Of a DNA stretch of 64,000 bases, positions 48,075 through 58,169 are shown piece by piece (position 1 is the stretch's first letter; each line of letters begins with the position of its first letter). The position numbers were made by a program, and so were the translations under genes. Location: positions 463,818 to 527,817 of the forward strand of contig CP181398.1 of assembly GCA_047946875.1 (NCBI GenBank), read 5' to 3'. Below the pieces are notes generated by a model. The model was not told where the DNA came from and ran no database searches. It was given only the letters and a program-made list of their open reading frames with translations. Source of the DNA: Candidatus Kerfeldbacteria bacterium (GTDB taxonomy: Bacteria > Patescibacteriota > Patescibacteriia > UBA10025 > JAHIVO01).

Positions 48075-49499
48075 TCAATTATTTTGCAACATTTTTAAAG
48101 CTTTTTCTACTCTTTTTAATGTATCATTTTTACCCAATACTTCCATCACTTCAAATACTCCAGGACTTTTTTCTAATCCAGTAACAGCAATTCTTAAAGG
48201 CCACAAGACAACTCTATTATTTAGATTATTTTTCTTTATCATCCCCTCAAATAGAATCTTAAGACGTTCAGTAATATAATCAGAATTAGTAATGTTGTTT
48301 AAAACTTCAAGTGATAGTTTTAAAGATTTTTCCGTATCTTCTTGGGTATCTTTCTTTGAGACAAGGATTGATGAATCATAATCCAACTCATCAAGGAAAA
48401 AAAATTCAATTGCATCTTTCAACTCATGAATATTTTTAATCCTTTCACGACCAAGTTCTATAGCTTTTTTTGTTTTATCATTATTTGGAATATTTATCAA
48501 AAATTCTTTACTTCTATCTACCAATTCATCCAAATCCATTTGACGAATATAATTTCCATTTAGCCAATCAAGTTTTTCTAAATTAAAAATCGCACTAGAC
48601 TTATTAACTTTCAATAAATCAAATTCTTTTATTAACTCACTAATAGTAAATAATTCTTTTTCAGTTTTCGGGTTCCACCCAAGTAAAGAAATAAAATTTA
48701 ATACTGCTTCAGGTAAATATCCCATTTTTTTATAATCAAGCGATGCTACTGCACCATGACGTTTAGAAAGTTTAGATCTATCCATCCCTAATACCATCGG
48801 TAAATGTGCAAACACTGGCATGGGCCAATCAAAAGCTTTATATAATATAATATGTTTTGGCGTTGAAGGAAGCCATTCCTCCGCTCGAATCACATGAGAA
48901 ACTTCCATTTTATAATCATCTACCACATTAGCAAGATGATAAGTTGGAAATCCATCGGACTTCATAAGTACTTGATCGTCAATATTTTTATTCTTAACTT
49001 TAATTTTTCCATAAATCATATCTTCAAATTCTGTCTCCCCATCTTGTGGAACTTTTAATCTAATAACATGAGATTCTCCATTGCTTATCCTTTTTTCTAC
49101 TTCTACTTTTGATAAAGATCGACATAAACCATCATATTTTGTTGCCTGCTTATTAGCTTTTTGAACTTTACGAACTTCATCTAATCTTTCAGAAGTACAA
49201 AAACAATGATAAGCATTATCACTATCAAGAAGCTGCTCAATATGTTTTTTATATATATCCAATCTCTCTGACTGAAAAATTGGACCTTCATCTATATCTA
49301 AACCATACCAATCAAGTGATTCTTGGATATTCTCTACTGCCCCTTCAACATATCTTTCCTGATCCGTATCTTCAACACGTAATATAAATTTGCCATTATT
49401 TTTTCTGGCCCATAACCAATTAAATAATGCCGTTCTTAAACTGCCTATATGTAAATATCCCGTTGGTGATGGAGCAAATCTTACGCAAACTTTTTTCAT
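48075..49499 (-). CDS. gltX: Glutamate--tRNA ligase
   Basis: RFAPSPTGYLHIG, KLSKR. Confidence 0.97.
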   Translation of the reverse strand: MKKVCVRFAPSPTGYLHIGSLRTALFNWLWARKNNGKFILRVEDTDQERYVEGAVENIQESLDWYGLDIDEGPIFQSERLDIYKKHIEQLLDSDNAYHCFCTSERLDEVRKVQKANKQATKYDGLCRSLSKVEVEKRISNGESHVIRLKVPQDGETEFEDMIYGKIKVKNKNIDDQVLMKSDGFPTYHLANVVDDYKMEVSHVIRAEEWLPSTPKHIILYKAFDWPMPVFAHLPMVLGMDRSKLSKRHGAVASLDYKKMGYLPEAVLNFISLLGWNPKTEKELFTISELIKEFDLLKVNKSSAIFNLEKLDWLNGNYIRQMDLDELVDRSKEFLINIPNNDKTKKAIELGRERIKNIHELKDAIEFFFLDELDYDSSILVSKKDTQEDTEKSLKLSLEVLNNITNSDYITERLKILFEGMIKKNNLNNRVVLWPLRIAVTGLEKSPGVFEVMEVLGKNDTLKRVEKALKMLQNN

Positions 49500-49503
49500 A
49501 AAT

Positions 49504-50631
49504 TTAAAACCCTACTACAAAATAATAAACTTCTAATAAAACCCCTACTGCTAATAATAACATTATTGTTCTGCTAAACAATGTTAAAATGTTCATCTTA
49601 GTATACTTTTGCTGTTTTTTCATCTTCAAATATATCAATATAACTATTATACCATCAATACCGAGCATAACAGCGCCAGTAACTCCAATAACACTAATAA
49701 AATCTTGCATACCAATAATAAATAAAATTATTGGTATAAAACAAGCTAAAAACCAACCTAGTTTCTTTGGAAGTCCATAATCATACCAAAATAATTTTTT
49801 TATTGTAAGTCCCAAAGCAATAAACGAAGTAAAAGTTGCAATAATACCAAATATATATCCAATACTAAGTGCCCAGTTTCCCATACTACCTTCTAAGCCC
49901 GATATTGCATCAATAGCTGTTTCTTCACCAGAGATACCTACTATTAAAATTATAAATAATAAATATATTAATATACATATCGAAAGTCCAATAATAATCA
50001 ATTTCTTTATTTGTTGAAAATCACCTTTTAACTGCTCTTTAATTTCTGGGACGATAGATGCTCCCCATAAAGAAAATAATATTACACCGTATGGTAAAAA
50101 TAAATTCGAAGAATCAAAAGTTTGAAGATTAACAAATTCGATTTTTGGCATCCCATTTATAAATAGAAAAACAATTGCACCAAAAAAAATAAATAGCATG
50201 ATTAGTTCAACGGGCCCGATTGATTTTTTATCTTTCCAAATTAATATTGAACCAAAAATAAAAAATATAAAAGTGTATAGTATAGCAGACCCATCAAATA
50301 AATTTGCCAAAAACTGTCCACCAATAATCAAATAAGCAAGTAGAGATCCGAATATGGCAAATGTTTTTACAAAGAAAGCAACTGGTTTTGCTTTAGCTCC
50401 CAGATACATTGCAGCATAACCAGGTAATCTATGCATACCCTTTGTAGAAGATGCAATTTCACCATAAAAAATATTAATAGTCGCTGCTATAGCCCCAATT
50501 AATATCAAATAAAAAAAAATAGTTACAAAACCAGATTTAGATCCGACGTAAGGAAGTGCAAATAGCCCTACTCCCATAATAGTCCCTACATAAACAGCCA
50601 GTGCGTATATAAATGTTTTTTTATCTTTCAT
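49504..50631 (-). CDS. Aromatic amino acid permease (TyrP/Mtr-like)
   Basis: GTIMGVGLFALP, YGVILFSLWG..VPE, about 11 TM segments. Confidence 0.75.
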   Translation of the reverse strand: MKDKKTFIYALAVYVGTIMGVGLFALPYVGSKSGFVTIFFYLILIGAIAATINIFYGEIASSTKGMHRLPGYAAMYLGAKAKPVAFFVKTFAIFGSLLAYLIIGGQFLANLFDGSAILYTFIFFIFGSILIWKDKKSIGPVELIMLFIFFGAIVFLFINGMPKIEFVNLQTFDSSNLFLPYGVILFSLWGASIVPEIKEQLKGDFQQIKKLIIIGLSICILIYLLFIILIVGISGEETAIDAISGLEGSMGNWALSIGYIFGIIATFTSFIALGLTIKKLFWYDYGLPKKLGWFLACFIPIILFIIGMQDFISVIGVTGAVMLGIDGIIVILIYLKMKKQQKYTKMNILTLFSRTIMLLLAVGVLLEVYYFVVGF

Positions 50632-50705
50632 AAGTTAATATTATCACAAATTGAGTATAAAAAAAACTGTTTTTCAAGAAAATACAGCTTAACTAAATGT
50701 ATTAT

Positions 50706-51257
50706 TTACTGTGGTCTTTTAACAAATTTCTTTTGAATATATATTACCAAATAAATTAAAATAACAATAATTGTAAATAATATCAAATACTTACCGTAAA
50801 TTGGATGATGAGTTATAACGTAATACTCAGTTTCTCCTATTAAACGTAAAGTCAACCATATAGTAAAAAATAAATAAGCAATTCTTAATACCCTGTAATA
50901 TGAACTAAGTTTTTTATGTCGAATAGTCAATAAAATTATTAAACCTATAATCACAATTGGCATCAAAACATCTACATGAACCAACAATCGTAATCCTTCA
51001 TAACTCTTTAAATCACATTCTTCATTTAATACAATGTTATTCACCAAACTATTGCTAGTAGCTGAATAATGACAATCATTATACTCATTATTAAAATATT
51101 TATTAATATCACGTAAAAAAAGTTCCGATGTAAATATTGAAACAGATACTAAAAAAATCGCAAACAAAATAGCTACTCCTGAAGTCTTAATATTAATTAA
51201 AGGAGATTCTTTTTTGTCATTATGTATTTCTGGCTGTTCAAAAACTGGTACGGGCAT
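50706..51257 (-). CDS. Hypothetical membrane protein
   Basis: Four TM segments. Confidence 0.6.
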   Translation of the reverse strand: MPVPVFEQPEIHNDKKESPLINIKTSGVAILFAIFLVSVSIFTSELFLRDINKYFNNEYNDCHYSATSNSLVNNIVLNEECDLKSYEGLRLLVHVDVLMPIVIIGLIILLTIRHKKLSSYYRVLRIAYLFFTIWLTLRLIGETEYYVITHHPIYGKYLILFTIIVILIYLVIYIQKKFVKRPQ

Positions 51258-51317
51258 ATAATTATTATATTAAATATAACAGATTACATTACAATATTAA
51301 ATAGTTATTGTCAAGTG

Positions 51318-52385
51318 TTATTTGATTAACCTTCCGGTTCCATTTGGATTATATCCATTTCTTATTTCATCTCCATCTAAAAAACCATCGTCATCTGTAT
51401 CTGCATTATCCTTATTAGTGCCAAATACATCTTCCCAAATCGAATACAAGTTATCTTGATCTGGATCATCTAAAATATATTTATCATCTATACCTACTAT
51501 ATATCCAAAAACTGAAAGGTCTAGAACGTTGGTTTTATCGAATAAATCTTCTATCATTTTATCAGTACTAATTCCATTTTCTGGTCTATCCAGAGCCACC
51601 GATTCATTAAATTCCGAAATAGTTAAGGTGTTGCTAAATTTTGCACCATCTTTCTTATGTTCGCTGGTTATTTGATAAGGACGAAAACTCTGTTTTCCAA
51701 TCCAGATTTCTATATCTAATTTATCCATACTACTAATATCAATTAAATTAAATTGATGGAACAAATTGGGAATATTCTGTATATTTAATGAAACTAAATA
51801 ATGATATGATATTTTTCCATTAACAAATTCGTCAGGAAGTCTCACAATATTATTAATATAATCATTAGTATATTTAGAATCTATTCCCAAAAAATTATCA
51901 TTAAATACCATTGAATCAGACCATTGATATTCATACCAATTATTATGAATTTTATTTAAATCAACAAAAGGAATCGCTGGTACTTCAGTGACTGAATAAT
52001 ATATTTTATCTTCTGTAAACCTACTTTCGACAGTTGTAAAAAAATTTAAACTTTGCATTTGTAACTCAACTCCTGTTGTCATCCTACCAATTGGCTTACC
52101 TATTAAATCACCTTCAAAAACTGAACTTAAATTGATATTAAATGTTTCATCATATACATCTAATTCAATAGCAGATTTCAGGTCATAACGAGCAGTAGAC
52201 AAAAGATTCATTTGCTTAAACATTTCATCAAATACTACCTTCGGGGCACTCTCAATAAATGGAGCTGTCACCACCTTGTCAATAATTGGAAAATTCTTCC
52301 CCTGCCAAAACATCATAGCCGCAACTGATGTTGAAGATAAGGCTAAGATGATAATAATAAATAATATAACAAATTTACCTTTCAT
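51318..52385 (-). CDS. Exported protein with C-terminal DxDxDG calcium-binding repeats
   Basis: N-terminal signal/TM; DPDQDNL...GT....DTDDDGFLDGDE...YNPNG. Confidence 0.7.
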   Translation of the reverse strand: MKGKFVILFIIIILALSSTSVAAMMFWQGKNFPIIDKVVTAPFIESAPKVVFDEMFKQMNLLSTARYDLKSAIELDVYDETFNINLSSVFEGDLIGKPIGRMTTGVELQMQSLNFFTTVESRFTEDKIYYSVTEVPAIPFVDLNKIHNNWYEYQWSDSMVFNDNFLGIDSKYTNDYINNIVRLPDEFVNGKISYHYLVSLNIQNIPNLFHQFNLIDISSMDKLDIEIWIGKQSFRPYQITSEHKKDGAKFSNTLTISEFNESVALDRPENGISTDKMIEDLFDKTNVLDLSVFGYIVGIDDKYILDDPDQDNLYSIWEDVFGTNKDNADTDDDGFLDGDEIRNGYNPNGTGRLIK

Positions 52386-52442
52386 ATATATATTTTAGTA
52401 GTTTTTAACCAAAACAACAAGTAAAATAAAAACGTGTAAATT

Positions 52443-53153
52443 TTACTTTACACGTTTAAAAGCTGATGATTTTGGCATACCAAGTTTTTTTCGTATTTTA
52501 TTACAAGCAAACTCTAATTCGCCACGAATATAATCAGGTAGATATTTAAATCTACGTGGTATTTTATCTTCAAAAACTTCAAGAAGATGAGGATAGAGCA
52601 TTTCAGTTTCTCTCAATTGTCTAAGCATAAACTTTTTGGACATATGTAATATATTCCTGATATTATGTAGACGATCTGCCAATTTAACTAATATAATCCA
52701 CCAATCTCTTGGTTGAACATTTTCGATACCCAAATAATAATCCTTTTCATCTTCTTTTGAGATTATTCGTAAACCACGGTAAATGGTTTTCCCAAACATC
52801 CTTTGTATAGTCCACCATGTAATAGTTGGAGAATCTTTTTTGTTGTCAGATTTTTTATTGACATCCTCCATAATATCATGTAAAAAAGCAACAACTATTG
52901 GATTTACAAGGAAAACTTTGAATTCAAGTATAATTATCAAAGCCACAGATTTACAATGCTCAAAGTACTTTGCCATGTCACCACGAAATACATGCCAATG
53001 CATTAGTAGCGCCAATCCATAAGCCATCATTACCAATTGATAGTCATTGACATACAATTGTGACTTCATCAGAGATTCAATCTTGGATTTGGTATATCTT
53101 TTTTTTGTATACCCAATCCTTATCCTTCTTTTCTTTTTAGGCTTTTTTACCAT
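52443..53153 (-). CDS. RelA/SpoT-type HD hydrolase (small alarmone hydrolase-like)
   Basis: H...RG..YFEH, FLHDIMED, VKLADRLHN. Confidence 0.75.
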   Translation of the reverse strand: MVKKPKKKRRIRIGYTKKRYTKSKIESLMKSQLYVNDYQLVMMAYGLALLMHWHVFRGDMAKYFEHCKSVALIIILEFKVFLVNPIVVAFLHDIMEDVNKKSDNKKDSPTITWWTIQRMFGKTIYRGLRIISKEDEKDYYLGIENVQPRDWWIILVKLADRLHNIRNILHMSKKFMLRQLRETEMLYPHLLEVFEDKIPRRFKYLPDYIRGELEFACNKIRKKLGMPKSSAFKRVK

Positions 53154-53231
53154 ACCGCACTCCTTTCCTATATTTTAAATGTACTATTGCTTTTCACTTG
53201 AAATTAGCAATATATTTACAATTAGTCAAAT

Positions 53232-53263
53232 AAAAAGACCTCGTTTTTTAACGAGGTCTTTTT
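53232..53263. terminator. Intrinsic terminator of trpB
   Basis: AAAAAGACCTCGTT-ttt-AACGAGGTCTTTTT. Confidence 0.85.
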
Positions 53264-53274
53264 TCATTTACCGC

Positions 53275-54471
53275 TTACTTCAATTGTAGATATTTCGCCA
53301 CATAATCAATATCCTTATCTCCTCGACCAGAAAGATTCATAATAATTATCCTATCTTTTTCTAAAGTAGAAGCTAGTTTAATAACTTCAGCTATAGCATG
53401 CGCACTCTCAAGAGCGGGAATAATTCCTTCCACCTTTGATAACATCTGAAAAGCTTCTATAGCTTCTTTGTCATTTGCCACCACATATTTTACTCGTTCA
53501 ATATCTTTCAAATATGAATGTATCGGTCCAATCCCTGGATAGTCTAATCCAGACGCAATAGAATGTACTGGATCAGGGTTACCGTCCTTATCTTGAAGTA
53601 AATAAGTAAACATTCCATGTATTGCTCCGGGACTTCCTTTTGTTAAAGTCGCAGCATGTTCCCCTTTCCTAAAACTTTTTCCACTTGGCTCTACTCCAAT
53701 TAAATTTACATCGTTATGTAAAAATTCATGAAATAATCCAATAGCATTAGATCCACCGCCTACACAAGCAACCAAATAATCAGGTAATCTTTTTTCAACC
53801 TTTATAATCTGCTTTTTTGCTTCTCTACCTACGACTGATTGAAAATATTTCACCATCATTGGGAATGGATGAGGACCAACTACTGAACCAATACCAAAGA
53901 AAATATTCTGTGGATCTTTTACAAACTCATTGAAAGCACTGTCGACAGCATCTTTCAGACAACGTCCACCAGATTCCACGGCCACCACCTTAGCTCCAAG
54001 TAATTTCATCCTTATGACATTCGGATGCTGTTTATCTACATCTATCGTTCCCATATGAATCTCACAATCTATACCTACTATCGCCGCCGCAGTAGCTAAA
54101 GCTACACCATGTTGACCAGCACCAGTTTCTGCTAGCAATTTTGTTTTCCCCATCTTCTTAGCTAATAGAGCTTCACCTAAGGTATGATTTATTTTATGAG
54201 CACCAGTATGATTAAGATCTTCTCTTTTTAGATATATCTTTGCTCCACCAAGTTTCCTAGTAAGATTCTTAGCAAAATACAATGGCGATGGACGTCCTAC
54301 ATACTCAGATAACAATCGCTGATATTCAGTCATAAACTCCTTATCATGCAATGCTTTTTTATATGCAATTTCAATATCATCAAAAATACTTTTTAATTGC
54401 GGTGGTATCTGCTGACCCCCATATTTGCCATACATTCCATCTTTATTTGGTAGATGTTTAATTTTTTTCAT
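53275..54471 (-). CDS. trpB: Tryptophan synthase beta chain (no trpA adjacent)
   Basis: [45 protein letters not shown]. Confidence 0.95.
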   Translation of the reverse strand: MKKIKHLPNKDGMYGKYGGQQIPPQLKSIFDDIEIAYKKALHDKEFMTEYQRLLSEYVGRPSPLYFAKNLTRKLGGAKIYLKREDLNHTGAHKINHTLGEALLAKKMGKTKLLAETGAGQHGVALATAAAIVGIDCEIHMGTIDVDKQHPNVIRMKLLGAKVVAVESGGRCLKDAVDSAFNEFVKDPQNIFFGIGSVVGPHPFPMMVKYFQSVVGREAKKQIIKVEKRLPDYLVACVGGGSNAIGLFHEFLHNDVNLIGVEPSGKSFRKGEHAATLTKGSPGAIHGMFTYLLQDKDGNPDPVHSIASGLDYPGIGPIHSYLKDIERVKYVVANDKEAIEAFQMLSKVEGIIPALESAHAIAEVIKLASTLEKDRIIIMNLSGRGDKDIDYVAKYLQLK

Positions 54472-54553
54472 AGTTTTAATTTATTTAATAAAATACTTAA
54501 GCAATAATTGATTGCCAATATTCTGTACAACGATTGTAAAATAAATATTTCAT

Positions 54554-54704
54554 AATAAAAAAATACCCTGCCACCAGGCAGAGCATGCTTATAATTTTTT
54601 AGATACTACAGCACTACCCGGTGATTAGGGTAATGTTCCAATTGATTAAATTGTGCTGTAAATTTTTCATAAATATATATTATCATATTATCATACTTTG
54701 TCAA
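54554..54704 (-). promoter_or_regulatory. trpB leader: promoter, Trp leader peptide and attenuator
   Basis: TTGACA at 54699-54704; leader ORF 54670-54614 MKNLQHNLINWNITLITG*; alternative 1:2 and 2:3 stems; terminator ATGCTCTGCC-tggt-GGCAGGGTAT-T6. Confidence 0.75.
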
Positions 54705-54706
54705 TA

Positions 54707-55957
54707 TTATTCTTCTGCCTTATATATAGAATTACTTATTCCATCAAATTCTGCTTTCATGGTTTTTCGAAAGCCAATTCTATCTGGAGCGTGTATTTTA
54801 CCAAGTTTTAGAAGCATCCCTTGTACTATCATCTCCTCGCCATATCTATTATTAATATCATCCAGAGCTTTAGATAAAACTGGAGACATCCTCTTATCTT
54901 CAAAAAAGGAAAGCTGATTAACTCTTGGACCTATTCTGAACAATCCAACAGCAAAAAACCTAGGTCTATCCTGATTTAAATATTTACTCAATTCTTCCCA
55001 TGCATATTCATAAATTTGGGCCGTACTAATAATTGGTTGGTGTACTTTCTTACTGCCACCAACTTGTCCACGATATTCTAAATTAGTATAAAAATATATA
55101 CCATGTGCTTCCAATTTTTTTTCTCGCAACCGTCGTCCAGTCCGCTCACAAAGACGCATCAATATAGCCTGGTGAAATCTTTTATCCTTAGTATTTTTTC
55201 GTAAGACATGACTATGCCCAATTGATTTTGGTAATCTCTTGACTTCTACATTACCAATCTCTATCCCATTAACATTCGCCCACAGATAATAACCCCGCAC
55301 ACCCATAGAAGACATAAGGTTTTGTACAGGATAATCTGCTAATTGATCCAAGGTATAAATACCAAGTAAATTTAACCTTACAGCCGTAGCTGTAGCAATC
55401 CCCCAAGCTTCTTGCAGATCCATACCTTTTAAATAACTATATAAATTATTTTTGTTTAATATAACTATTCCGCCTTTTGGTGCAGTATCACCTGCAAACT
55501 TAGCCAACCACCGTGTTTCAGCTATACCTATAGAACATTTTAACCAAATACCAACTTCATCTTTTATCCGCTGTTGAATTTTTTTACCAATTTTTTTTGC
55601 CTGCTCAAATGTTTCTACCGTGCCAGTCAAATCCAAAAAAGCTTCATCTATAGAATATTCTTCAATATCCTCAGTATAATCAGAACATATACTAAATATT
55701 TTTTTGGTAGTAGAACGGTACTTAGGTGGATCAACTTCCACTAAATTTACTTTAGGATATAACTTCTTAGCATCAATCACTCGACATCCCGTCTTAATGC
55801 CAACTTTTTTAGCTTCTATAGATGATGCAATTATACAACCATTAGGCGTCATAGTAGCTACTACTCCTACCGGCTTACCACGCAACCAAGGATTAGCCTG
55901 TTGCTCTACAGAGGCAAAATACGAGTTCATGTCAAAATGTAAGATAATTTTTTGCAT
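54707..55957 (-). CDS. dinB: Y-family DNA polymerase (DinB/Pol IV-like)
   Basis: LHFDMNSYFASVEQ, YSIDEAFLD, PKSIGHS, LDDINNRYG. Confidence 0.88.
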   Translation of the reverse strand: MQKIILHFDMNSYFASVEQQANPWLRGKPVGVVATMTPNGCIIASSIEAKKVGIKTGCRVIDAKKLYPKVNLVEVDPPKYRSTTKKIFSICSDYTEDIEEYSIDEAFLDLTGTVETFEQAKKIGKKIQQRIKDEVGIWLKCSIGIAETRWLAKFAGDTAPKGGIVILNKNNLYSYLKGMDLQEAWGIATATAVRLNLLGIYTLDQLADYPVQNLMSSMGVRGYYLWANVNGIEIGNVEVKRLPKSIGHSHVLRKNTKDKRFHQAILMRLCERTGRRLREKKLEAHGIYFYTNLEYRGQVGGSKKVHQPIISTAQIYEYAWEELSKYLNQDRPRFFAVGLFRIGPRVNQLSFFEDKRMSPVLSKALDDINNRYGEEMIVQGMLLKLGKIHAPDRIGFRKTMKAEFDGISNSIYKAEE

Positions 55958-56046
55958 AAGATTAGAGTTGACAAATTAAAAATATTTTGCTAGAATTAGA
56001 TGAAAATGTTAATATTTAATCATTATAATAATTAATATATAAAAAT

Positions 56047-56661
56047 ATGAATATGGACAATGAAAATAACTCTCAAGATCACCAAGATTTTAAATTTCCT
56101 CCTGAAGGATTTGAGGTCTTTAGTGCTCCAGAGATACCAGAAGACGGCGATGAAAATAATTATGAAGTGAAAGAAACTAAGAAACATATTATCCGAGATG
56201 CTAATGGAAATGAAATATTCAAACATGAATCAAATCCAGATAGCGATTGGCAGAAAAAAATGACTTATGATGAACAAAATCGTCTAACTGTAATGGAAAG
56301 TCAAAAACTAATACCCGGACAAGAAAGCCACACCTTAGATAAATTTGAATACGATGAAAAAACAGGAGAAGCTACTAAAACGGGTAGTATAGAATTTGGC
56401 CAAGATGCTGGTCATATATATAAAGAGTTACCAATTGTCGAAAAAAATCTAGGTAACGGTAGAGTTATTAAAACAATTACTACCGAGGTATTAGAACAAG
56501 GTGAAAATGGAAGTGGTAAAAAAGCTGAAAAAGGAACCATTATTACCAAAACTGTATTTATGAAAAATGGTAAATGGCAAGGAGATAAAGTCACGGGAAC
56601 TGATGATAGTGAATCTGAATGGTTGGCAGAAGGAGTTAAAGAACTGCCAAACTGGGAATAA
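56047..56661 (+). CDS. Acidic hypothetical protein (YD-like beta repeats)
   Basis: RDANGNEI, TYDEQNRL, EYDEKTG; own TTGACA-17-TAGAAT promoter and terminator at about 56681-56704. Confidence 0.65.
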   Translation: MNMDNENNSQDHQDFKFPPEGFEVFSAPEIPEDGDENNYEVKETKKHIIRDANGNEIFKHESNPDSDWQKKMTYDEQNRLTVMESQKLIPGQESHTLDKFEYDEKTGEATKTGSIEFGQDAGHIYKELPIVEKNLGNGRVIKTITTEVLEQGENGSGKKAEKGTIITKTVFMKNGKWQGDKVTGTDDSESEWLAEGVKELPNWE

Positions 56662-56705
56662 CATAAAATATTACTATAAGAAGCTCTCATTTGAGGGCTT
56701 TTTTG

Positions 56706-56960
56706 TTATCCATCCATTTGCACCTCCTTCAAAGTCCAAATTAAATTATCAGGGTCATAAAATAAAATATAATTATTAACCTCATCTGAGACAGCAAAAC
56801 ACCAATAATACCTATCCCCAATCTTTTTTTTATAAACCAAATTAACATTACTAATATCATAACGACGCCCAGCACTTCTAATAAAAGAAACTGGCTTAAC
56901 TTTTACTCCATTAAAATCAACAAATACACGCACTTGCTCATCTAATTTTTCTACATACAT
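56706..56960 (-). CDS. 84-aa beta-rich protein of the kind found beside Y-family polymerases (DUF6504-like)
   Basis: PVSF...GRRYDI..V...F.V......L.YD...W.L. Start moved to 56960, just after a TTGACT-17-TATAAT promoter. Confidence 0.6.
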   Translation of the reverse strand: MYVEKLDEQVRVFVDFNGVKVKPVSFIRSAGRRYDISNVNLVYKKKIGDRYYWCFAVSDEVNNYILFYDPDNLIWTLKEVQMDG

Positions 56961-56976
56961 AATACATTTATTATAC

Positions 56977-56992
56977 CCGAATAAAAACCGAA
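56977..56992 (-). promoter_or_regulatory. Putative LexA (SOS) box TTCGG-N6-TTCGG
   Basis: TTCGG-TTTTTA-TTCGG fills the -35/-10 spacer; matches the direct-repeat Patescibacteria LexA motif as I recall it. Confidence 0.7.
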
Positions 56993-57095
56993 AGTCAAAC
57001 AAAACAATAACACAGATTGACTTTCGCCCTGAATTCATGAAGGGCCTCAATTATAAATAAAAAGGGGGTCCGGAAGGACTCCCTATTATACTTAT

Positions 57096-57290
57096 CTACA
57101 TGATAATTCTAACTCTTTTACCAATTGTTTTATGATCACCAACCTGAAAATTTTCAGCGGTGCTTTCAAAAACATCTGGAACAACCCCTCCATGTCCATC
57201 TGGTAAAGTACTACCCGTGCAAGTAACCTCAATGTCACCTTCTTGATCTTGGATTTGCGTTAATTTTTCAATTACCTCACTAATTTTCAT
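57096..57290 (-). CDS. 64-aa hypothetical protein (own promoter, GGAGG SD, terminator)
   Basis: TTGACA-17-TAAGTT, GGAGG, hairpin at about 57059-57083. Confidence 0.6.
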   Translation of the reverse strand: MKISEVIEKLTQIQDQEGDIEVTCTGSTLPDGHGGVVPDVFESTAENFQVGDHKTIGKRVRIIM

Positions 57291-57427
57291 TACAACCTCC
57301 TAACAAATATTAAAAATTCTAATTTATAATAACAAAACTTAGCTTAACTATTCATATTTGTCAAGACCAGAAGTTTCTACCTTACACACCTAACACTTCC
57401 TAAAAAACGTTGGTAATAATAAAATAA

Positions 57428-57898
57428 TTAATAATGATAAGTTTTGCCACTTAAAATCATTGTTCCTCTATATATTTGTTCTAACAAAATAACTCTGGCC
57501 AACTGATGAGTAAAAGTCATCTTAGATAATGATAATAATACTTTTGCTTTATTTAATATATCCATCGATAGTCCAAGAGGCCCACCAATAATGAAAGTAA
57601 TACTATTTCCAAATTTTGACCATTCTTCAAGCTTTGTAGACCAGACAGGTGAAGAAAATACCTCACCTGCAATATCCATTGCTATAATAGTAGTATTGTC
57701 AGGGATTATCTTTAATATTTTTTTAGCCTCTTTATCTAATATTCGTTTACGATCTGATGTGCTAGTAACTGGTTCTTCAGGAACTTCCCAAAATTCTAAC
57801 TTTGAGTATGGTTTTAATCTTTTGACATATTCATCAAGTGCTTCTCGCCAATAAGATTCCTTTATTTTACCAACTGATAATATTGTTATATTTAACAT
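57428..57898 (-). CDS. rlmH: 23S rRNA pseudouridine methyltransferase RlmH
   Basis: VGKIKE, FIIGGPLG, SKMTFTHQLARVILLEQIYR, YHY. Confidence 0.95.
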   Translation of the reverse strand: MLNITILSVGKIKESYWREALDEYVKRLKPYSKLEFWEVPEEPVTSTSDRKRILDKEAKKILKIIPDNTTIIAMDIAGEVFSSPVWSTKLEEWSKFGNSITFIIGGPLGLSMDILNKAKVLLSLSKMTFTHQLARVILLEQIYRGTMILSGKTYHY

Positions 57899-57905
57899 AT
57901 TTATT

Positions 57906-58073
57906 TTAAAATTTATATTTCTTTATTATAACTTGTTTTTTCGTTTTATTAAAGTCGACTTCAACAGTCTCCCCTCTCTGCCAGCCCAATTCTTTTATTA
58001 AGTCTTTCGGTAAAGTAATTACATAACTATACTTACCAGTTTGAAAGATCTTACGCATTATTCTTGTTTCCAT
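57906..58073 (-). CDS. AbrB/MazE/SpoVT-family DNA-binding protein, 55 aa (not in ORF track)
   Basis: METRIMRKIFQTGKYSYVITLPKDLIKELGWQRGETVEVDFNKTKKQVIIKKYKF*; RK..G.S..ITLPK....LGW..G..V signature. Confidence 0.85.
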   Translation of the reverse strand: METRIMRKIFQTGKYSYVITLPKDLIKELGWQRGETVEVDFNKTKKQVIIKKYKF

Positions 58074-58102
58074 AGTATCATTATTTAATAATTAATTGAA
58101 TA

Positions 58103-58169
58103 CTATATGCTTATTATATAAGTAGTATATAATAGCTATATGCTTATTATATAAGTAGTATATACTACT
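58103..58169. repeat. Tandem 29-bp direct repeat plus 16-bp palindrome over the abrB promoter
   Basis: CTATATGCTTATTATATAAGTAGTATATA at 58103-58131 and 58136-58164; AGTAGTATATACTACT at 58154-58169 overlaps the -10 of TTGACA-17-TATACT. Confidence 0.8.

Noticed and set aside
57290-57430. SCC-like element integrated at the rlmH 3' end
   Set aside because: No serine recombinase or direct repeats of the rlmH end were seen; only one small orphan follows.
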